A stretch of DNA of 40,210 nt from a virus (taxonomy: Duplodnaviria > Caudoviricetes): positions 1 to 40,210 of IMG/VR virus record IMGVR_UViG_3300017653_000001. The stretch is one strand, 5' to 3'. The notes beneath the pieces are model-generated. The model made no database searches. It was given only the letters and a program-made list of their open reading frames with translations, and had not been told where the DNA came from. Each line of letters starts with the position of its first letter. The first letter of the stretch is position 1. The position numbers were made by a program, and so were the translations under genes. This document shows positions 33,450-40,210 of this stretch, piece by piece.

Positions 33450-34151
33450 ATGTCAATTTTGTCAGCGATGCAATCCGCGACTATTAGATTGGTGGGCCAA
33501 AAGCCCGCCGTCTTTTTTACTTCATCAGACCAGCTTGAGCTAGAAATTGTTGATCTGGTCAATGAAGTGGCTAGGGATATTTGCAGATACGCAGATTGGC
33601 AGGCTCTGACTAAAGTTTATAACGTACCAACTGATGGCGTTACTGAAATATTCGATCTTCCTGATGATTATGATCGTCAGCTTTTGGTGACGGATATTCA
33701 GGACTTGAATAATTGGGTTTGGGGGTATGAGCACATTGAAAATATCAATGACTTCCTATACCGCCGCGCGCGTAATTTTGAATTAACTCCTGGTGCGTGG
33801 ACTATCTACCAAAATCAGATTCATTTCTTTCCGCCTCCTAATGCTCAGAATAGCGCTACTTATCCCTACATTTCCAATAATTACGCCCTTGATTCTAATA
33901 ATGCAGGAAAGCCGGAGTTCACTGCCGATACAGACGATTTCATCATCAAGGGTGGTAATGACCTCCTCACCCTTGGCCTTATATGGCGTTGGCGCGAGAA
34001 TAAGAAGTTAGACTATACAGGCGACCAAGAACAATTTACAATGGCCCTTGATCAGCTTGCGGCTAAGGATAAGGGTACGAACGTTTACCGTGCGCGTTCC
34101 AGAAGCCGGCGTCTTAATACACATTTGGCATGGCCTTTTGAATTGGGGTAA
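33450..34151 (+). CDS. Head-tail adaptor / tail tubular protein A-like (233 aa)
   Basis: 'WQAL', 'FDLPDDYDR', 'LGLIWRW...LDY' and position in the operon. Confidence 0.7.
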   Translation: MSILSAMQSATIRLVGQKPAVFFTSSDQLELEIVDLVNEVARDICRYADWQALTKVYNVPTDGVTEIFDLPDDYDRQLLVTDIQDLNNWVWGYEHIENINDFLYRRARNFELTPGAWTIYQNQIHFFPPPNAQNSATYPYISNNYALDSNNAGKPEFTADTDDFIIKGGNDLLTLGLIWRWRENKKLDYTGDQEQFTMALDQLAAKDKGTNVYRARSRSRRLNTHLAWPFELG

Positions 34152-34154
34152 TTG

Positions 34155-36071
34155 ATGTACCAGCGCCCTATCCTCGCGCAGAAGAAACCGGCGCAACGTA
34201 AGTCAGACCTTAAAAAGTTCCCTGCACCTACAGGTGGGTGGATTAGCAACCGCAATCTGTCTACTCCTATGGAGAGTGGCGGGCCACAAGGTGCTGCTGT
34301 ACTTGATAACTTTTTCCCAACATCTACCACTGCCATTCTTCGCCGCGGCAAAGAACTTTATGCCACGCTAGGTCAGGGTGACGAAGGTGTAACGTCACTG
34401 TTTACATACGTTAACGGCTTGAATCGTAAATTGTTCGCCTCTACAGCAAATACCATTTACGATATAACCAATATCCTCGTTCCTTATAATTACCGACTGG
34501 TGACAGAGAATGGCGATTATCTGGTCACTGAAAACGGTGATTACTTTGGTCAATCGTCTACCGAAGATATGGAAGCCTTTGAGGGAGCATTAGGCGGTAA
34601 TTGGATTACTGTACAGTTTGCAACGACTGGCGGGATATACCTTATTGGCGTTAACGGGGCGTCTACAGGCTTCATCTATGATGGCAATGCATTTTATCCT
34701 TATTCCCCAGGTGGCGCGTGGGCCTTGTCTTACGACAACATAACGCAAGATTTTGTTGTCGGTGAGGTTATCACAGGAGGAACTTCCGGCGCGACTGGTA
34801 CGGTTTATGAAGTTCTTCCGGGTGGTGGTCTTGTTCTTATAGATGTTACTGGAACATTTGAGGACAATGAGTTTCTAAACGGCAGCGAGGGTGGAGATGC
34901 CCAAGCCGCTAGTGCTTCTAGTAATATTGTACCCGGCATCACATTCCCTGATACCCTAACAACCGCTGACATGTCTTACGTCTGGGCATTTAAAAACCGT
35001 CTTTGGTTCGCCCAGAAGGAATCCTTAAACATATGGTATATGGATGCCCCGGACGCTGTAGGTGGTGATCCTGTTGTTTACCCTATGGGCGGCATATTAG
35101 CCCTTGGCGGGTCCGTCCTGTGGGGCGACTCATGGTCTATGGGAACAGGTGCTGCTGGCGGTTTGTCTGACCAGATGGTTGTAACATCCACGGAGGGTGA
35201 AGTTGCAGTATTTCAAGGAAGTTACCCAGAAGCTACAGGCGACTGGTCGCATGTTGGCACATACAGAATTGGCAGGCCCCTTGGCAATCGCGCTCATTTC
35301 AGAGGCGGCGGTGATATTGCTGTTGCTACTAGTGTTGGCCTTATTCCTCTTTCCAAGGCTATCAGTCTTGATGTGACGGCTCTTTCTCCTGCCGCCGTTT
35401 CGTACAACATTCAAGACGCATGGCAGCAGGCCGTTGACGGTCGCGGCCTTGAGGATTGGTCTTGTATGCTTTGGCCTGAACGTAAGATGGCAATCATATC
35501 TCCGCCTATTACAATCGGTGATTATGATCCAGTTTTGTTTATTTCCAATTCTGAAACAGGTGCATGGTGCCGTTATACCAATTGGGACGCTCGCGCTATG
35601 TGCGTATTCCAGGGAGAGATGTATTTTGGTGGCCCTAACGGTGAAGTGTTCAAAGCTAATGTAACAGGCATGGACAACGGGTCTGTTTACACTGGTGTTT
35701 ACATCCCACTGTTTGATGATCTTGGGTCGCCAGCCAATCTTAAAATCCCTAAGATGGGCCGTGGCGTAGCAAGGGCAAAGGCTAATTTGTCTTACGGCCT
35801 TCGCTTCAAGGCTGATTTTGATATTGACCCTGGCTCTGCTCCAACAGCATCTAGCGCTGACGGTTCCAACGCATGGGGAACCGGTGTATGGGGTCAATCC
35901 GTATGGGGTGGAACCAATCCTAATGTTTTCAATGCGCAGTGGAAATCATTAGGAGGAACGGGTTACTACGTTTCTGCCTGCTATCAGGTAACTTCAGGAA
36001 GTTCTGTTCCTCTTGATGTTGAGATTGTCCATTTGGAAATCAGCTTAACAATGGGTGAGATTGTAACTTGA
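34155..36071 (+). CDS. Tail nozzle / stabilisation protein (tail tubular B, P22 gp10-like; 638 aa)
   Basis: 'PAPTGGW', 'LDNFFP', 'FKNRLWF', beta-propeller-like composition; follows the adaptor. Confidence 0.72.
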   Translation: MYQRPILAQKKPAQRKSDLKKFPAPTGGWISNRNLSTPMESGGPQGAAVLDNFFPTSTTAILRRGKELYATLGQGDEGVTSLFTYVNGLNRKLFASTANTIYDITNILVPYNYRLVTENGDYLVTENGDYFGQSSTEDMEAFEGALGGNWITVQFATTGGIYLIGVNGASTGFIYDGNAFYPYSPGGAWALSYDNITQDFVVGEVITGGTSGATGTVYEVLPGGGLVLIDVTGTFEDNEFLNGSEGGDAQAASASSNIVPGITFPDTLTTADMSYVWAFKNRLWFAQKESLNIWYMDAPDAVGGDPVVYPMGGILALGGSVLWGDSWSMGTGAAGGLSDQMVVTSTEGEVAVFQGSYPEATGDWSHVGTYRIGRPLGNRAHFRGGGDIAVATSVGLIPLSKAISLDVTALSPAAVSYNIQDAWQQAVDGRGLEDWSCMLWPERKMAIISPPITIGDYDPVLFISNSETGAWCRYTNWDARAMCVFQGEMYFGGPNGEVFKANVTGMDNGSVYTGVYIPLFDDLGSPANLKIPKMGRGVARAKANLSYGLRFKADFDIDPGSAPTASSADGSNAWGTGVWGQSVWGGTNPNVFNAQWKSLGGTGYYVSACYQVTSGSSVPLDVEIVHLEISLTMGEIVT

Positions 36072-36520
36072 TCCACACCATGTACTACAGCAAGACAATG
36101 AACCCTTCCGCGAATGAAGCGGTTGGGTTTTTCGTATGCAGAGAAGCCGATATAACAATAAAAGACTTTTGCAGCATGGGTGTATTCGAGGACGGTGATT
36201 TAATCGCTGGAACTCTTTACCATAATTACCACCCTGAATACGGTGTTATTGAACTATCATCTGCATCCGTTAGCAAAAGGTGGCTGACAAGGGCCGTGAT
36301 TAATGCTATGTTCTTCCTGCCATTCACTCGTCTAGGCTGTCAATTAGTTGTATTGAGAGTTTCTGAAAGAAATAAAACGATGATTGGTATTGCAAGAAAA
36401 TTCGGATTTAGTGAAACTTACATTCCTCGTCTTCGCGGCAGGGATGAAGGCGAATTTATTTTTTCTTTGACTGACGACGAGTGGAGCAAGTCGCCTTATA
36501 ACAAGGGAGTTTCTGAATAA
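36068..36520 (+). CDS. GNAT-fold morphogenesis protein (position like P22 gp14 / T7 gp13)
   Basis: 'LIAGTLYHNY...IELSSA...WLTR...F..PF..LGCQ...SERNK...RKFGF'; start TTG 36068 or ATG 36080. Confidence 0.72.
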   Translation: MIHTMYYSKTMNPSANEAVGFFVCREADITIKDFCSMGVFEDGDLIAGTLYHNYHPEYGVIELSSASVSKRWLTRAVINAMFFLPFTRLGCQLVVLRVSERNKTMIGIARKFGFSETYIPRLRGRDEGEFIFSLTDDEWSKSPYNKGVSE

Positions 36521-37494
36521 TGGGCAAGAGCGCTCCTAAAGCCCCTGATCCAGCGCAAACAGCCGCAGCGCAAGGCGCGTGGAACTCTTTCACGGCCCAG
36601 CAGCAGCAGCAAATGAACATGGTAAACCAGAATACCCCATGGGGTAGTTTGGATTATCAGCAGACTGGTACGACATGGATTACAGACCCGAACGGTAAGC
36701 GCGTTGAGGTTCCTACCTATACGGCTAACACCACGCTCTCTCCTGAGCAGCAGGCTATCTTTGACGCATCTCAGTCTGCGCAGGGTAATCTTGCGAATAT
36801 CGCAAAAGACCAATCCGCATGGCTTGGTGATTATCTTAGTTCTCCATTTGAGTTCAACAATCAATCTGCTGAGAATTGGGCTTATGATCTTGCTTCGCAG
36901 CGCATTTTGCCACAGCAGGAGCAAAATCGTAAGGACCTTGAAAACCGTCTTATCAACTCAGGTATTCGTCCGGGGACGGCTGCTTATAACACTGAAATGG
37001 CGCGTCTTACGAATGCCAATACTGACCAGCTTAACCAGTTAGCTCTTACCGGTCGCAGTCAGGCTTTCCAAGAGCAGCTTGCGCAACGTAACCAGCCTTT
37101 GAATGAAATCATCGGGCTTATGTCTGGTACTCAGGTTCAGTCACCCAATAGCACATTCGCGCAAACTCCCCAGTCGCAGGTGGCGGGTGTCGACTATACA
37201 GGACTGGTGAACCAAAAATATCAGGCCGATATGAGCAGGTACAACAGCCAGATGGGTGCTCTTGGTGGCCTGTTTGGCGCTGGGTTGAGCCTGTTCTCCG
37301 ACCGTCGCTTGAAAGAAGACATTGAGCGCATTGGCAAGACTGATTCAGGTGTTCCTGTTTATAAGTTCAAATACATTGGCTCGCCGGTTACGCACATTGG
37401 GTATATGGCTCAGGACTTGCTGGAATTGCAGCCTGAAGCAGTCCATAAGGATGCAGACGGATATTACCGCGTTGATTATAGCAAGGTGAAGTGA
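36520..37494 (+). CDS. Ejection/pilot-like protein with C-terminal Peptidase_S74 intramolecular chaperone domain
   Basis: 'MGKSAPKAPDP' N-terminus, Q/N-rich body, Gly-rich hydrophobic patch, then 'SDRRLKEDI...GYMAQD...PEAV...VDY'. Confidence 0.78.
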   Translation: MGKSAPKAPDPAQTAAAQGAWNSFTAQQQQQMNMVNQNTPWGSLDYQQTGTTWITDPNGKRVEVPTYTANTTLSPEQQAIFDASQSAQGNLANIAKDQSAWLGDYLSSPFEFNNQSAENWAYDLASQRILPQQEQNRKDLENRLINSGIRPGTAAYNTEMARLTNANTDQLNQLALTGRSQAFQEQLAQRNQPLNEIIGLMSGTQVQSPNSTFAQTPQSQVAGVDYTGLVNQKYQADMSRYNSQMGALGGLFGAGLSLFSDRRLKEDIERIGKTDSGVPVYKFKYIGSPVTHIGYMAQDLLELQPEAVHKDADGYYRVDYSKVK

Positions 37495-37910
37495 TGCTGT
37501 TTAATTTTGGATTCAGACCCCAAGGGCAAATGCCATTTATGCAAAACCAGCAGATTAATACGTTCGCTGCAAATAATCTCAGCGGTTATAATAATCTTGG
37601 TAATAGAATGTCAAATAATCCAAATGCTTATCAGCAAATTCCTATGGCTCCAACTTCTGGAGCATTGGTTGATAGCGGTTTAGTAAACAACCAAAGCTTC
37701 ATGAATAATATATCACCATTTGCATCCGCTAACCCATCTAGTGCCATGATGGCAAATATGGGATTTAATCAGGGGAATCAGTACACTCTAACACCGCAAC
37801 AGCAGCAAACCCCCATTGCGCAGAATATGATGCAATCAAATATCCCAGACGCCAAAAAACAAGCAATAGGCAGTATAATGTCCGGTGGGTTAAGAGGCGG
37901 TAATCGTTAA
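37494..37910 (+). CDS. Low-complexity Q/N/M-rich protein (138 aa)
   Basis: Fills the gap between two ejection genes, with TGATG and TAATG overlaps. Confidence 0.7.
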   Translation: MLFNFGFRPQGQMPFMQNQQINTFAANNLSGYNNLGNRMSNNPNAYQQIPMAPTSGALVDSGLVNNQSFMNNISPFASANPSSAMMANMGFNQGNQYTLTPQQQQTPIAQNMMQSNIPDAKKQAIGSIMSGGLRGGNR

Positions 37911-40210
37911 TGGCTAACCTTCAAGAAATCATCCCTGCCATTTTCACCGGGCCAAACGGTGAGCGCCTTACGCCTGAACAAATTGCACAGCGTCAGCAGA
38001 TCGCACAGTCGTTGATTGGGCGTGCCACAGATACCAGTCCTGATGCAGGTGGGTGGGCTTCTGTATTGACGAAGGGTCTGCTAGGGTTCCAGTCTGGCCG
38101 TGATCGTCGCGCAGCAGACAATGCTATTACTGCCAACGCAGCGGCGGAACAGTCGCTTATCAGTGATATGCTGGGTAGTCTTGGTGGCGGCGCTGGGTTC
38201 CCTTCTGCTGTGGCTGCTGGGGCTTCTCCTACATCTGTCGCAGCTGTTGGTGAGCCTGTTGCTATCCCTTCTGCCCCTGAGATTCGCCAAGGGTTGATTG
38301 ACCGTGGTCTCCAGCCGCACATTGCAGACGCTTTCATTCTTAATTTTCAGGATGAGAGCGGCCTGAACCCAGGCATCAATGAGAAAAACCCAATTGTTCC
38401 TGGTAGCCGAGGCGGTTATGGTCTTTACCAGCTTACAGGTCCGCGCCGTCGTGAGTATGAAGCGTTCGCAGCGCAGCGTGGCGTCAACCCTGCTGATGTG
38501 AATGCGCAGCTTGATTTTCTTATGAACGAACTTCAAGGCTCCGAGGCTGGCGCTGCAAAATCAATCCTGTCTGCCCCAGATACAGCTACAGCAGCACAAG
38601 CCATTGTTAATAACTTCCTGCGTCCTGCTCCAGAGCATCGTCAGGCTCGCGCCGCTAAATATGCACGTGTAGCTACTACTCCGCAGGAAGCTATTGAGAA
38701 AGTTTCTCCTAAAGGTGGCGCAACCATCGCAGCAGGGCAATACACGCCGCAATACGACCCACTGGCTATTCCAGCTAATGGTGCAGCAGCCACTTTCGGT
38801 GGCCCGCAACTAGTTTATGACGACCAAGGGATGCGATTTGTTAACGAAGGTGAAGATAGGGTTTCTTCCCTTCCTTCCTCACAAGTTGCTCCATATGACT
38901 TCGCGTCTGATCCTAGTCTTTCGGTTGCTTCAGCACTGGTTAACCCCACCACCAGAAAGGGCAGCCGACTTTCTCCGGCAGGTAGCTTCAATGACCGATG
39001 GAACGCAGGCGCTGCAACGGCTCCTATTGTGCCGGAACAGGCGATCCCTGCATCTGCTAATATCGTTCCAGAATTGACTCCTATGGCCGCGACGGAGGCT
39101 ACTTCTAGTGCTGATCCTCGCCTGTTGGCGCTGAACGATCAAATGCTAGGCGGGGCTTTGTCGCCTTCTGGAGCGTCTTCGGTAGCACAGTCCCTTTCCG
39201 GGGCCTTCCCTTCTGCACCTAGTGCAGATCGCGCGCCTGTTACGTCTCAACCATTCAAGATGCCTGCACAATCACAATCTGGCGGTATTAACCCTGCGAT
39301 TATTCAGGCTCTTTCCAGCCCTTATGTTTCAAATCAAGGCAGGCAGATTGCCGGTATGCTTTTGGGGCAGCAGTTGCAGCAGCAGCAAGCAGCACAAGAA
39401 CAACAGCGTTTGATGGCGCAACGTCAGGCCACAGCGCAGACATTGGGTATTAATCCCGCCCTTGCTGGCGATGCTGATGCTTGGAAAGCTGCTATTGAAC
39501 AGGCCACACGCAATCGTAATACAGTTACGGTTGGCAATACCGTTTATGATGCCAATACCGGTCAGCCAATTATTCAGGGCGCACAAGAGCGCTTCACAAC
39601 TATTACAGGGCCGCAGGCCCAGCAGTTGGGGCTTGATCCAAATAAGGCTTACAACGTAGGCCCAGATGGAAAGATAACTCCTATTGCAGAAAGTGGCGTT
39701 ACCGTTAACGTTGGCGGCGGCGAGAAGTTTGATGAAAAACTAGCTGAACTAGATGCAAAAGCTATTGGAGACGTTGACACAGCAGGAAGGCAAGCCATAC
39801 GAAATCTTGGTCGTATAAATCAGCTTGACGAACTATTGAAAGCTTCGCCTAGTGGTATAGATGCGGCAATACGTCAAAGAGCAGGTGAATGGGGTATTAA
39901 AACAGAAGGTCTTGATACTTTGCAGGCTGCACAGGCGGCTATTAATTCTCTGGTCCCAGAGCAGCGCCCAGCTGGCTCCGGCCCAATGTCTGATGCTGAT
40001 CTTGAGTTGTTCAAACAGTCGTTGCCTCGCACCATTAACCAGCCTGGGGGTAATGAACTTATCATTAATACTATGCGAGGCATCGCTCAATATGACGCCA
40101 AGGGCGCTGAAATTATTCAACAGCTTCGAGCAAGGCAGATCAGCCGTGAAGATGCGTTCCGTCTTCTCAATGAGCGTAAGAATCCACTAGACGAATTTAA
40201 GGCTGCGCAA
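37910..40210 (+). CDS. Large ejection protein with phage tail-type lysozyme domain (794 aa including wrap to 207; absent from the track)
   Basis: Translated by hand with no stops; 'GLQPHIADAFILNFQDESGLNP...GGYGLYQLTGPRR...AQLDFLMNEL...FLRP' lysozyme motif. Confidence 0.88.
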   Translation, partial: MANLQEIIPAIFTGPNGERLTPEQIAQRQQIAQSLIGRATDTSPDAGGWASVLTKGLLGFQSGRDRRAADNAITANAAAEQSLISDMLGSLGGGAGFPSAVAAGASPTSVAAVGEPVAIPSAPEIRQGLIDRGLQPHIADAFILNFQDESGLNPGINEKNPIVPGSRGGYGLYQLTGPRRREYEAFAAQRGVNPADVNAQLDFLMNELQGSEAGAAKSILSAPDTATAAQAIVNNFLRPAPEHRQARAAKYARVATTPQEAIEKVSPKGGATIAAGQYTPQYDPLAIPANGAAATFGGPQLVYDDQGMRFVNEGEDRVSSLPSSQVAPYDFASDPSLSVASALVNPTTRKGSRLSPAGSFNDRWNAGAATAPIVPEQAIPASANIVPELTPMAATEATSSADPRLLALNDQMLGGALSPSGASSVAQSLSGAFPSAPSADRAPVTSQPFKMPAQSQSGGINPAIIQALSSPYVSNQGRQIAGMLLGQQLQQQQAAQEQQRLMAQRQATAQTLGINPALAGDADAWKAAIEQATRNRNTVTVGNTVYDANTGQPIIQGAQERFTTITGPQAQQLGLDPNKAYNVGPDGKITPIAESGVTVNVGGGEKFDEKLAELDAKAIGDVDTAGRQAIRNLGRINQLDELLKASPSGIDAAIRQRAGEWGIKTEGLDTLQAAQAAINSLVPEQRPAGSGPMSDADLELFKQSLPRTINQPGGNELIINTMRGIAQYDAKGAEIIQQLRARQISREDAFRLLNERKNPLDEFKAAQ
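40088..40210. repeat. 123-bp terminal direct repeat (copy 2)
   Basis: Identical to 1-123. Confidence 0.97.

Noticed and set aside
30311-35897. Long minus-strand ORFs (30311-31033, 31430-32236, 35130-35897)
   Set aside because: Antisense shadows of the scaffold, capsid and nozzle genes; no recognisable motifs

Overview
The window is an apparently complete, circularly permuted genome of a short-tailed (podovirus-type) dsDNA phage, about 40,087 bp. Bases 1-123 are identical to 40088-40210, and one ORF reads straight through the join. The plus strand carries early/accessory genes, a GcrA-like regulator, terminase, portal, scaffold, capsid, tail, ejection proteins, tail collar, tailspike and lysis genes. 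The minus strand carries Prim-Pol primase/ATPase, Sak4-like ATPase, SSB, PolB-type exonuclease, SF2 helicase, two N6/N4 DNA methyltransferases, VRR-NUC, HNH and a string of small accessory genes ending in a stand-alone DnaA domain IV-like protein. An AT-rich, GATCCC-repeat-rich symmetric region at about 21.1-21.5 kb between the divergent arms looks like the origin. I found no integrase, CI-type repressor, tRNA or CRISPR. Gene content and order resemble, from memory, the Brucella podophages Tb/Pr, so an alphaproteobacterial (Brucella/Ochrobactrum-like) host is inferred but not verified. Highlights: (1) phage look-alikes of the host DnaA/GcrA/CcrM cell-cycle circuit, including a GcrA with a duplicated HTH; (2) a candidate counter-transcribed RNA over the primase leader, with an anti-SD loop and a possible second target; (3) a shared operator-like motif at several promoters; (4) a conserved CUCAGAC-loop hairpin over two late RBSs; (5) a Q/N-rich prion-like ORF among the ejection genes; (6) repeat footprints of gene-cassette acquisition. 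All calls come from motif recognition by eye; no database searches were run.
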